The notes under the pieces are model-generated. The model had not been told where the DNA came from. It saw only the letters and a program-made list of their open reading frames with translations, and did no database searches. From positions 1,929-65,928 of the IMG/VR virus record IMGVR_UViG_3300030376_005986: a stretch of 64,000 bases of DNA; one strand, given 5' to 3'. This document shows, in pieces, positions 17,994 through 26,559 of this stretch (positions within the stretch are counted from its first letter, which is position 1; the number at the start of each line of letters is the position of its first letter). A program made the translations under genes and the position numbers. This stretch comes from a virus (lineage: Duplodnaviria > Caudoviricetes).

Positions 17994-19376
17994 ATGAGCA
18001 ATAAGAAAACCCACTTAGAAGACCCTACCGCAGAAAAGGCTCTACTAGGTTGCATAATGATGGACCCTGAAGTTGTAGATAAGCTTCTAGGTAAAACAGA
18101 AAAACCACTACAACTCTTAACGAACCACAGTTGCGTCAACGCAATGGTGGTTATCTTAAAACTAAACGAGACAGGTAAGATCGTAGACAGGGTATCTATC
18201 TCCCATGAGCTACTGAAATCCAACAGGGAAACAAATGCCATAGCATTCATGGACGAATGTGAATCATTAACTCCCTCTTCGTTCAACTGGGAGTACTACT
18301 ATGGAATACTAACTGACCTACACAAAGCCAGAGAAACTAAGAAGCTGTGCGATGAGGTATCTCATAGAATATCAACAGATGGTCATGCTGAGCCTGCAGG
18401 GGTACTAGAAGGCCTTTACGAGAGCGTAGAGGGTCTATGCAGGGATAAGGATAAAGAAACGTCTATAAAGACTTATAAGGAAGTAGCACCTGAAGCTGTA
18501 GAATTTTTCCAAACTTGTTTTGAAAATAAAGGTAAGGTCACTGGTATAACAACAGGTCTCACCAACCTAGATAAAATGATCAACGGTCTTAACAATAGAC
18601 ATCTCAATATCATTGCAGCTAGACCATCAGTAGGTAAGACATCACTAGGAATCTGTATAGCAGATGCTGCAGCTCAAGCAGGTAAAAAGGTTCTGTTCTT
18701 TTCCTTAGAGATGTCAGCACCAGAAATCATGATGAGATCCATATGCTCCAAGATGAACCTCAATTACAGAGATTGTCTACAAGGTGATCTGTCAAATGAC
18801 CAATTAAAAAAAATTTCCTTAGGCATTGATTATGTAGCAAAGTACCCCATCTTCATAGATGACTCCCCCTCCTCTACAATCCATCAAATTAAATCTAAAT
18901 CTAAAAGATATAAACGAGACTTCGGTATTGATATGATCATTGTAGATTACCTTCAGATCATAAGCACAAATAAGAAATACGAAACTAGAGATAGAGAAAT
19001 AGCAGCATACTCCTCCGCTCTTAAACAAATAGCCAGAGAACTAAACGTACCAGTAGTATGCTTATCTCAGTTATCCCGCGAAGGAGCAAAGAATGACAGG
19101 AAACCTAGGCTAACTGACCTAAGAGATAGCGGGGCTATCGAGCAAGATGCCGATGTTGTTGTTATGATTCATAGGGACAATGCCATTGACAATAAGATGG
19201 ATAGGCCATATCCATTGTCTTTAATAGTTGCCAAGCAAAGGAATGGGCCTGTAGGGGAAGTAGATGTAGAATTTGTACCCCAATATACTAAAATGAGAGT
19301 TCCTTCTCTAATTGATAATATTAGTGATCTGCCAGATGCACCGCCCAGAGATTCTTTTGGGTATGCGACCAAGTAA
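17994..19376 (+). CDS. dnaB: Replicative DNA helicase
   Basis: AARPSVGKT, FFSLEMS, IIVDYLQ, LSQLSR, DLRDSGAIEQDADVV, KQRNGP. Confidence 0.95.
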   Translation: MSNKKTHLEDPTAEKALLGCIMMDPEVVDKLLGKTEKPLQLLTNHSCVNAMVVILKLNETGKIVDRVSISHELLKSNRETNAIAFMDECESLTPSSFNWEYYYGILTDLHKARETKKLCDEVSHRISTDGHAEPAGVLEGLYESVEGLCRDKDKETSIKTYKEVAPEAVEFFQTCFENKGKVTGITTGLTNLDKMINGLNNRHLNIIAARPSVGKTSLGICIADAAAQAGKKVLFFSLEMSAPEIMMRSICSKMNLNYRDCLQGDLSNDQLKKISLGIDYVAKYPIFIDDSPSSTIHQIKSKSKRYKRDFGIDMIIVDYLQIISTNKKYETRDREIAAYSSALKQIARELNVPVVCLSQLSREGAKNDRKPRLTDLRDSGAIEQDADVVVMIHRDNAIDNKMDRPYPLSLIVAKQRNGPVGEVDVEFVPQYTKMRVPSLIDNISDLPDAPPRDSFGYATK

Positions 19377-19791
19377 TTGCAACAGACAATCAGGATGTGT
19401 AGCTGAATCTATAGTTACAGCTGAACTATTAAAACGAGATTGGGTAGTATCTACCCCCGAAGGGGACTATGCACCCTACGATAAGATAGCTACCAAGAAT
19501 AAGTTCATAAAAAAAATTCAAGTTAAGTCCTCAGACTCTCAAAGAGGGTCCACTTATAGGTGGACTATGAGATCTGGAGCTAGGAAAACTACTGTTCCAA
19601 ACATAGAAGACATAGATATATACGTCTTCGTAGCTCTAAGACACCAGTTATTCCTAATAATTCCCTACGATTTGATCATAGGTAAGAAGACTTTCTCTTT
19701 TCCTTTAAGTAATTCCTGTAAATCTCCGTGGGTAATGCATGTAAATGCATGGGGACTACTAGAAAATAAAGGATATACAGACGTTATTTAA
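19363..19791 (+). CDS. PD-(D/E)XK endonuclease (PDDEXK_5-like); probable start ATG 19363
   Basis: GCVAESIV...PYDKIA...KIQVKS...DIDIYV. Confidence 0.75.
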   Translation: MRPSNCNRQSGCVAESIVTAELLKRDWVVSTPEGDYAPYDKIATKNKFIKKIQVKSSDSQRGSTYRWTMRSGARKTTVPNIEDIDIYVFVALRHQLFLIIPYDLIIGKKTFSFPLSNSCKSPWVMHVNAWGLLENKGYTDVI

Positions 19792-19912
19792 GGATAGATC
19801 CTATTTTCTTAGCCTGTTCTATGGCTCTCTTTAATACTCTCACCGCTTTATAGTCTTTAGTTTCGTCCAGCTCGTTAATAGCTGCCTGCAGCGATAGAAT
19901 TAAATCTGACAT
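19784..19912 (-). CDS. Small helical ORF (42 aa; not in track)
   Basis: MSDLILSLQAAINELDETKDYKAVRVLKRAIEQAKKIGSILK; convergent with the endonuclease. Confidence 0.35.
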   Translation of the reverse strand: MSDLILSLQAAINELDETKDYKAVRVLKRAIEQAKKIGSILK

Positions 19913-20009
19913 AGCTCAGACAGCCTACTACATTTAGGGTTCATGGAAAGTCATTTCATGAAATGGGCTTAAAGTCGCGCAACACGGTATACTTATACAT
20001 ATGGCGACA

Positions 20010-20035
20010 CCCCCCATGCCCCCGCTCCCACCCCC
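20010..20035 (-). other. G-quadruplex-forming motif
   Basis: Minus strand GGGGG-T-GGG-AGC-GGGGG-CAT-GGGGGG. Confidence 0.6.
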
Positions 20036-20162
20036 ATCGGTCTTTCTCGACCTGAATCATTCTAGGAAATAACACCAACAAAATGAAGATTTTCCCTTTT
20101 CTGTTAATACTGAAAACGGAATAAGCAAAAGGGCGATTTTATTCAGTGGACGGGATCAATCA

Positions 20163-20747
20163 TTGATTCCAAAAGCTTCAAATATTCACTTAAACCTAAA
20201 TATTGATATGGCAAATAAACCAACAATAAAAACGGAATCAGTCAACTCGGCTGATAAGACTAATAGACAACCAGAGACGCAACCTGACACGGTTTTTACC
20301 GATCAGGCAAAGTCTAAGACTAGCGAATCTGAAAAGGTCGAAAACGTCACAACTACGGACGCAAGAAAGCCCTTTATTAAGGCTATTCAGAAAGTTGAAA
20401 AAGACGGGAAAGAAATTGAGATTGAAAACGAGATTTTAAACCCAGAATTCATCAGCTTGTGTCAAATTGATTATCCAAAAGCATTCAGCAAAAATGGCCT
20501 TAAAACGGTCATTGAGGCTATCACGGGATCACGGTCGGAAGATCTACCCCATGAGGAATTCAAGGTCATTAAAGCGGCATTCAAGGCCCTTAAGGAGTTC
20601 GGCAAATCTGAATCTCTTAGGGAGGTTACTGATGCGGATGTGGTTGAAATCAAGAAGAAAACCCGCATATATAACGACATTGACAGGACTATGGAAGAAA
20701 AGACTGTTATTCACTGTTCGACCAAGGGCGAGTATTCTAGCAAATAA
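20163..20747 (+). CDS. Hypothetical early protein (probable start ATG about 20208)
   Basis: ORF track; followed by its own terminator. Confidence 0.6.
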   Translation: MIPKASNIHLNLNIDMANKPTIKTESVNSADKTNRQPETQPDTVFTDQAKSKTSESEKVENVTTTDARKPFIKAIQKVEKDGKEIEIENEILNPEFISLCQIDYPKAFSKNGLKTVIEAITGSRSEDLPHEEFKVIKAAFKALKEFGKSESLREVTDADVVEIKKKTRIYNDIDRTMEEKTVIHCSTKGEYSSK

Positions 20748-20752
20748 ATCAC

Positions 20753-20790
20753 AAAGAACCGCCCCCAAGCTGGGGGTGTGTTCTTTTTTT
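20753..20790 (+). terminator. Intrinsic (possibly bidirectional) terminator
   Basis: AAAGAACC-GCCCCCA-AGC-TGGGGGT-GTGTTC-T-run. Confidence 0.75.
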
Positions 20791-20850
20791 GTTTATACCA
20801 GTACTGTTCAAAATCATCAGGTTAATACTAATTTATTAATCTGATAATTT

Positions 20851-21496
20851 CGAACCGACAGGCTAAGTAATGCTTAGTTATGTGACAGTCAAAGACTGTT
20901 ACGTTGTGTTCGACTGGTAGGATTTATGCCTACTATGTTCTTTGGTGTGCCAGCGTGACGCTGCATATGTGGTGTGTCCCAATGGGATGCATAGTGCTAA
21001 GGCCTTACATGTGAATTGGCGGGAGCTGTGTGATCTGATCAGGTCGATCTGTGTCTGCATTTGTGCGATAGGCAGTGTAGTTAACTGCAGAAGCCATAGA
21101 CTTTAAGTCGGTATAGGTTCTGGAGAACAAGTGAGAACAGACAAGGTGGTCGTTGCAAGGGTATGCGAGACTGATTAGGTGCTACCAACTTCGGGGTAGC
21201 TAGTAGTGGGCATGGAGTGCTTCATGTCTGCGAAGGAAGGGTTAGATACTGGGCATTAAGAAGAGTCCTTTGGATACTTACCTCAACTAACCTCATCCTG
21301 TGTCTGGCCTGAGTGTATGGGTATAACATACATCGAGGGTTTTGTTTCGTCCTATTCTTATTTATCAGGGATATGGAGGCGATTAGATGATGCATATAGT
21401 GAGCCGCTTATGTAGTTCACTGACCATCACACTATGAGCCTCCGTGTCCTTTTTTTGTGTCTATTGCGGGTACATGATAGGCACACAAAAGGGACA
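20851..21496 (+). ncRNA. Candidate large structured non-coding RNA (~650 nt), family not recognised
   Basis: No ORF of 60 aa or more; more than 12 hairpins and nested long-range helices (see findings). Strand inferred from context and G-U pairing. Confidence 0.55.
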
Positions 21497-21530
21497 TGAT
21501 TACATGCACCTTAAATGAGAAAGTAAATAT

Positions 21531-21746
21531 ATGGGAAGAAGAAGAGATCATAAGCCTGACCCTAGGATAGTTGAGAGGATAGATCCTCACACTAGACAGC
21601 GTGTTAAGAGCGTTAGGATAAGTGCTAGTAGTTGGTTTAACGCAGCTACTAGGGATAAGAAGCTAGACCCTTCATGGGATCAGCAGACAGTGCCTAAGCA
21701 GAGAGGTAAGAAACCTGACAGGACAAGGAGCAACGACAAGTTATGA
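21531..21746 (+). CDS. Hypothetical early protein (71 aa)
   Basis: First of a coupled series of small ORFs. Confidence 0.55.
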   Translation: MGRRRDHKPDPRIVERIDPHTRQRVKSVRISASSWFNAATRDKKLDPSWDQQTVPKQRGKKPDRTRSNDKL

Positions 21747-21958
21747 GCCTACCTAGAACTAGGGTTATAAGTAAGATACATGAGGAAACTGGTACTAATA
21801 TTCTTGTTACACTTAAGAAGAAAACAGTAATGGTTGAAGGTACTAGGAATGGAGTAGATATAGCCATCATTAAGCTCAAGAGGGAGAAGGGATGGCGAGA
21901 TAGATTTAACGCAATTATTCTGACAGAGGATAATCGCGTACAAAAACAAATAAGATAA
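21743..21958 (+). CDS. Hypothetical early protein (71 aa)
   Basis: ATGA overlap. Confidence 0.55.
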   Translation: MSLPRTRVISKIHEETGTNILVTLKKKTVMVEGTRNGVDIAIIKLKREKGWRDRFNAIILTEDNRVQKQIR

Positions 21959-21962
21959 CAAT

Positions 21963-22154
21963 ATGAGTGAAGAAAAAAGAAAGGGTAAGGTGGAAACAGT
22001 AAACCTACCACCATCATCTGTAGGCATGTTGGATTTTTATCTGACAGCGATCAGAACAGAAGCAACAGCTAGTCCTTTATATAAGACAGCTGTGAATGAA
22101 TTACGTGAATGGGCTAAGAGCCATGATTATTTAATCAACAAAACAGTATCATGA
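21963..22154 (+). CDS. Hypothetical early protein (63 aa)
   Basis: ORF track; coupled. Confidence 0.55.
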   Translation: MSEEKRKGKVETVNLPPSSVGMLDFYLTAIRTEATASPLYKTAVNELREWAKSHDYLINKTVS

Positions 22155-22240
22155 TCATAAACATACTAGGTGTAGCGGCGTTGATCTTCCTATGCTTATT
22201 CTCAACCATGATACTAATAGACTGGTGGGAGGATTTATAA
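22151..22240 (+). CDS. Single-TM microprotein (29 aa; not in track)
   Basis: MIINILGVAALIFLCLFSTMILIDWWEDL; ATGA and TAATG coupling on its two sides. Confidence 0.5.
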   Translation: MIINILGVAALIFLCLFSTMILIDWWEDL

Positions 22241-22386
22241 TGCAAATGAGAAAGCTAAATAGAAAGAAGAGGAAGAAGGAATCTGACAAAGGACAGATAA
22301 CTTTTAAGAACGTGATAGGAGACTACTTTGTTTCTCCTAAGGAAGGACGGGATAGGTTTGCTAAGATAAGAAAGGAAATTAAATAA
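22240..22386 (+). CDS. Basic microprotein (start probably 22240 rather than 22192)
   Basis: TAATG coupling at both ends. Confidence 0.45.
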   Translation: MQMRKLNRKKRKKESDKGQITFKNVIGDYFVSPKEGRDRFAKIRKEIK

Positions 22387-22745
22387 TGGCTAGGACATAT
22401 TATTCACATGATGAGAATCTTTATAATGCAGAAGATCACTCATCTATTCACTCAAGGCCTTCTGATATTTCAAGAGAGGGGGATAAGTTAAGCTTACCTA
22501 TATACCCCCATTCGAGAAATGTTTACATTGGGAGGAAAGGATCTCCAATGCTCCCAACTGATTGTGAGGATGATGAACTACGTGCTCGTTGTTGTGATAT
22601 AAGTAACGAGTTCTTAATTATGTTAGTACTCTTTGATGAGATAATGGAAGTGCTTGAAGATGCTAGTAAAACAGATCTGAAAGCCAAGTACGTATTAAAA
22701 GATTACAAAGACAGGTTACTTAAAGAAGAGGAGGCTAATCCTTGA
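22386..22745 (+). CDS. Hypothetical protein (119 aa)
   Basis: ORF track; coupled. Confidence 0.55.
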   Translation: MARTYYSHDENLYNAEDHSSIHSRPSDISREGDKLSLPIYPHSRNVYIGRKGSPMLPTDCEDDELRARCCDISNEFLIMLVLFDEIMEVLEDASKTDLKAKYVLKDYKDRLLKEEEANP

Positions 22746-22748
22746 CAA

Positions 22749-23432
22749 ATGTGGGCTACAGTAAATGAAGAACAGCACAATGTTGTTCTATACAATAAAG
22801 CTAGTGGCGAAACTAGTGTGCTAGATTATTCAGAGGATACATCCCTTATGTATATATATGGGCCAAGAATATCTACACACTTTAACTTCATACCATTGAA
22901 CCATAGTTATGTAAAAGTTTCTGATTTTGCTCCTCAGCGAAAGTTAATTACAGGTTATCCTTTATCAAAAGATGAACTCAAGCTGGCACATGACATGTTA
23001 AATAGTATGGCTATGAAGCATGGAACTTATCTTAAGTGGGGAGAGAAAGATTGGTTGAGTGGTGGATACTTGAGCCTATACAACAAGATACTTGAATGTA
23101 TGTATGCAATTAAGAATGGATCTAATATATTCTGGCAATTACCTGAGGCACACTTACATCCAGCGATTCAATGCGAGTTACCTAATCTGTTTCTCAGGCT
23201 TATATACAAAGGGTACTGGGAGCAAGATGATGGGCTTAATATGCTGAGAGAGTTTACTGGGAAAGATGTAGGCCTACCTGATATCAAACTTACTGAACAA
23301 CAAAACAGGAAGACGACTAAGCCTTTAGTAATTACATCTAACTCTGAGCATATAATACTGAGAACTCAGAGATTAATAAGTGACAAAAATATTAGTCACA
23401 AAAGTGTAAGGATAATGCACATGGATATATAA
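22749..23432 (+). CDS. Degenerate ABC-ATPase (AAA_21/DUF3696-like) C-terminal half
   Basis: QLPEAHLHPAIQ resembles EEPEAHLHP..Q; LVITSNSEHIILRTQRLI resembles IITTHSEHIL; no Walker A. Confidence 0.6.
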   Translation: MWATVNEEQHNVVLYNKASGETSVLDYSEDTSLMYIYGPRISTHFNFIPLNHSYVKVSDFAPQRKLITGYPLSKDELKLAHDMLNSMAMKHGTYLKWGEKDWLSGGYLSLYNKILECMYAIKNGSNIFWQLPEAHLHPAIQCELPNLFLRLIYKGYWEQDDGLNMLREFTGKDVGLPDIKLTEQQNRKTTKPLVITSNSEHIILRTQRLISDKNISHKSVRIMHMDI

Positions 23433-23483
23433 TTTAGGATACACAAGTAGTCCTGATATTAAGATGCAGGTCGGGTTGATTAT

Positions 23484-23726
23484 TTGCCCGTCATAGCCGC
23501 TTGTGTATCTGTTTTTACACCAATGAAAATAGATCTAGATCAGATACTATCTGAAGAACAGCACATAAGAGTTAAGAGAATGTTATCATGTGATGCTGGA
23601 AAAGAAATGAGACTAAATGCTCTTAAAGAATTCTACAGAAGACCAGAAGTAGCTGATAATATTATTAAGTCAGGCTACAACACAAACCTGTTAGCATATT
23701 TAACAATCATGAACTATGAAGAATAG
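23484..23726 (+). CDS. Hypothetical protein (probable start about 23523)
   Basis: ORF track. Confidence 0.5.
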   Translation: MPVIAACVSVFTPMKIDLDQILSEEQHIRVKRMLSCDAGKEMRLNALKEFYRRPEVADNIIKSGYNTNLLAYLTIMNYEE

Positions 23727-23946
23727 AAAAGCGTATTCAATAATAGATATTAATAAATCAATTAAAGATAACAAACCCGTCAACCCTGAGAGAGTCAAGG
23801 GAGCTATGATATATAATCATAAGACAGGTGGATCTTTGCAGGTGATGTCACAAAAACAGCATCAAGAGTTCAAGAAGCATGGATCAAGGAAAGGGCAATC
23901 AAGTACACTAAGAAATGTTTTAGTAGCTAATGGTAGATTGCAGTAA
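23716..23946 (+). CDS. Hypothetical basic protein (76 aa)
   Basis: ORF track. Confidence 0.5.
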   Translation: MKNRKAYSIIDINKSIKDNKPVNPERVKGAMIYNHKTGGSLQVMSQKQHQEFKKHGSRKGQSSTLRNVLVANGRLQ

Positions 23947-24046
23947 GAATTTCTAGTCAACGATGACTGAAAACAGGAGAACTCCCATCCCGTGTGATCC
24001 TGTCTTGTAACATGGCGTAATGCCTAGGGATAATAGGAGAAGTTAT

Positions 24047-24490
24047 ATGATTAATATAACAGTTCGTTATGGATTGGAGCGTCAAGCTACAATCGAGGTT
24101 GAGGATGGTTCATCTATCGCTCAAGTGTTAGAGAAGGTTCGTCCTGCTCTAGGTTTTGGCAGCAATGTTAAAGCCATGATTGGTGGTGTTACTCAGCCAG
24201 AATCTAACAGTGTTAGATGTGGTGATGTAATCACTGTCGAAACTGCGGCCAATTCAAAGGCAGCAGATGAGGTTTCCGTGACCGTCAAGTATGGTCTTGA
24301 GCGGAGCATCACAACCTCTGTTCCAGTGGGTAGTTCCATTGGTGATGTACTCAGAAGAGTACGTGCAGCACTGGGCTTTGGCGATAATGTCAAAGCGTTA
24401 ATCGACGGGGCTACTCAGCCTGAATCAAACACTGTCGCTGAAGGTGACGTGATCAGTGTTGAAACCGCAGCCAACTCAAAGGCTGTATAA
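24047..24490 (+). CDS. Tandem di-ubiquitin-like (beta-grasp) protein, 147 aa from ATG 24047
   Basis: AGGAG SD at about 24035. Two ~72-aa repeats (ITVRYGLERQATIEV...GDVITVETAANSKA and VTVKYGLERSITTSV...GDVISVETAANSKA) plus a final Val; upstream of E2, E1 and JAB genes. Confidence 0.85.
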   Translation: MINITVRYGLERQATIEVEDGSSIAQVLEKVRPALGFGSNVKAMIGGVTQPESNSVRCGDVITVETAANSKAADEVSVTVKYGLERSITTSVPVGSSIGDVLRRVRAALGFGDNVKALIDGATQPESNTVAEGDVISVETAANSKAV

Positions 24491-24531
24491 CTCTGGCCTT
24501 ACAAGGCTAGCCTTTTAGGAGCAGAACTGCA

Positions 24532-24566
24532 GCCCTCACGGGTAAAACCGTGGGGGCTTTCTGTTT
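24532..24566 (+). terminator. Intrinsic terminator between the Ubl and E2 genes
   Basis: GCCCTCACGG-GTAAAA-CCGTGGGGGC-TTTCTGTTT. Confidence 0.7.
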
Positions 24567-24585
24567 CTATACAATAAATAATAAT

Positions 24586-25434
24586 ATGAAATACGAAGAT
24601 ATAATAAAATCAAAACACTTGATACTAACAGATCAAGGTGTGTTCGAACCTGAATACAGAATGATGTATAAAGGTACAATGGATCAAAGATTAAAGCGTC
24701 ATATAGAATCTCAACCAATGATGGTTAATAATATATCATCAATGGCTGGTATGCCTATGAATTTTTCTAGGCTTGAACCTAAAGGGGAAGATTCTATATC
24801 ACTAAGCTTAGTAACCACTCAATTGAGTAAGCTTAAGTTTAACACAACATTTGAAATAATAACTAAAGATGTGTTTATGCTTTTCTCAAATGATAACGAG
24901 AAAGAATGTATAGATTTTGATGGACTACCTGACAAGTGGTTGTCCCCTACATTTAGGAATGGCGATTCAGAATCTAGAAGTAACAGGCAGACTTACACGT
25001 TGGACTGGGAAGTTCCTGAATATATAAAATTATATATTACAATGGAGTACCACGGGAAAACAGATAACAATACATGGCGACCAGCTAGAAGTTATCTTCA
25101 CTGCAAGATTGAATCTCATGAAAGTAATAAATGGCATGAGGAATCTAAAGGGTGGTTTGTTTTACCTACAGGTAATGTTTATGAGAACAGTGAAATATGT
25201 TTTGGTGAAACTTACATGGAGGACATAGGAATTGTTGATGCAACTAAGAAGAACATAGACTTATTCTATAGTACTCCTTGGAACTCTGACTTAACAAACT
25301 CAACTAAAGGTAGGAACTCATCAGTACTGTTCAGGTTTTGTGCAGATACAAACCAGCAGTTAGGTGTTCCGTGTCCTGCTCATATTCTTATGGAGAGTTT
25401 CAGTAAAACTTACTTAGAAAATATAAGCGTATAA
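24586..25434 (+). CDS. Prokaryotic E2 family D (PRTRC protein B-like) conjugating enzyme; probable start ATG 24586
   Basis: LPTGNVYENSEICFG...LFYSTPWNSDL matches the family pattern P..NVy..g.iC.G...F..s.fN.dL, with putative catalytic Cys in ICFG. Confidence 0.8.
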   Translation: MKYEDIIKSKHLILTDQGVFEPEYRMMYKGTMDQRLKRHIESQPMMVNNISSMAGMPMNFSRLEPKGEDSISLSLVTTQLSKLKFNTTFEIITKDVFMLFSNDNEKECIDFDGLPDKWLSPTFRNGDSESRSNRQTYTLDWEVPEYIKLYITMEYHGKTDNNTWRPARSYLHCKIESHESNKWHEESKGWFVLPTGNVYENSEICFGETYMEDIGIVDATKKNIDLFYSTPWNSDLTNSTKGRNSSVLFRFCADTNQQLGVPCPAHILMESFSKTYLENISV

Positions 25435-25436
25435 CA

Positions 25437-25808
25437 ATGAAAATAAATTCAATACCAAAGTCAATGACGATTATAGATAATCAACTTGTCGCAGAGATGA
25501 GTGATCTAGAAGAGAGGTCAATAAAAAGCGAAGCTATGATTATTACATCTATAATGAGGGAAAGGCCTGAAGAGTTTTCTAATGTAAGATCTTTAGAATC
25601 AATTGGAAGCTTAGGTAGGGAGAAACTGTGGAAGTTGATATGGATCTACCTTAGGCAAGGTAACAGGATAGAGGGAATGGGTGATGAGCATACAGATATG
25701 CTTCTGAATCCACTGTACTTTATTAGATCTAAGATAACCCAATGTGAAAAAAGAACTTTATCACAGAGTATTTTAGATGAATGCATTAGATTACGAACGG
25801 TGGAGTAA
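25437..25808 (+). CDS. Hypothetical helical protein inside the Ubl operon (123 aa)
   Basis: Tightly packed between E2 and E1. Confidence 0.6.
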   Translation: MKINSIPKSMTIIDNQLVAEMSDLEERSIKSEAMIITSIMRERPEEFSNVRSLESIGSLGREKLWKLIWIYLRQGNRIEGMGDEHTDMLLNPLYFIRSKITQCEKRTLSQSILDECIRLRTVE

Positions 25809-26546
25809 ATGTTTATTTTTAATATACCCAATGACATGAACAGACATTATCATATAATAGGAGCAGGCGGAGTAGGTAGTTGGTTACTACCTGCTCTGGT
25901 TAAACTAGCAGATCAACATGATTCCATTACTATACATGATGGAGATGATCTAGAGTTGAAGAACATGGACAGGCAACTGTTCAGAAAAGAAGACATAGGT
26001 TCTAACAAAGCGGAAGCACTTTCATCTAGGTATAAGAATGAAGCTCAGTGCATGATGTATACAGTACCTAGGTATTTCTCAGGAGAACTGGAAGGAGTCA
26101 TTGGTTCACCAGAATACACATGGCTTCTTGGTTGTGCCGATAATCATCCAGCTAGGAAGCTAATACTGGAGGCATGTGATACTCAGGGATACAAATCAAT
26201 CATAGGTGGTAACGGTTACACTGATGCTGATGCATACTTCTATGAGTCTAGTATGCGTGGGACTCCATGTGATCCACGGGTTTATTATCCTGATATACTA
26301 ACTGACACGACAGGTTCACCTATACATGCAGCGGGATGTACTGGTGAAGCACAAGATGAAACACCTCAACTTGTGCTGGCTAATATGTGGGCAGCAGCTC
26401 ACATGTTACATCTACTGTGGTATCACACTGAGATAGCTAAAGATATACCAGAAGATATGGAGGAACATATGCCTATGCTTTCTAGGAACTCAGCTTATAT
26501 GTTTGAGACAGTAAAGAAAGGTATGCTTAAAGGAACATTAAGTTAA
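25809..26546 (+). CDS. ThiF/E1-like Ubl-activating enzyme
   Basis: IIGAGGVGSW, DGDDLELKNMDRQ, GSNKAEAL, GCADNHPAR, then putative catalytic Cys in AAGCTG...PQLVLAN..AA. Confidence 0.9.
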   Translation: MFIFNIPNDMNRHYHIIGAGGVGSWLLPALVKLADQHDSITIHDGDDLELKNMDRQLFRKEDIGSNKAEALSSRYKNEAQCMMYTVPRYFSGELEGVIGSPEYTWLLGCADNHPARKLILEACDTQGYKSIIGGNGYTDADAYFYESSMRGTPCDPRVYYPDILTDTTGSPIHAAGCTGEAQDETPQLVLANMWAAAHMLHLLWYHTEIAKDIPEDMEEHMPMLSRNSAYMFETVKKGMLKGTLS

Positions 26547-26559
26547 GAGAGGAAATCGA

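Noticed and set aside
21380-21445. Group II intron domain V (GAGCCG...) in the structured element
   Set aside because: The stem after GAGCCG is too short for a 34-nt DV; there is no GUGCG 5' end, no interrupted gene and no RT.
25809-26546. ThiF as a thiamine or molybdopterin auxiliary metabolic gene
   Set aside because: No thiS/thiG/moaD/moaE nearby; the E2 and JAB neighbours and the lack of the canonical paired CxxC motifs point to protein conjugation.
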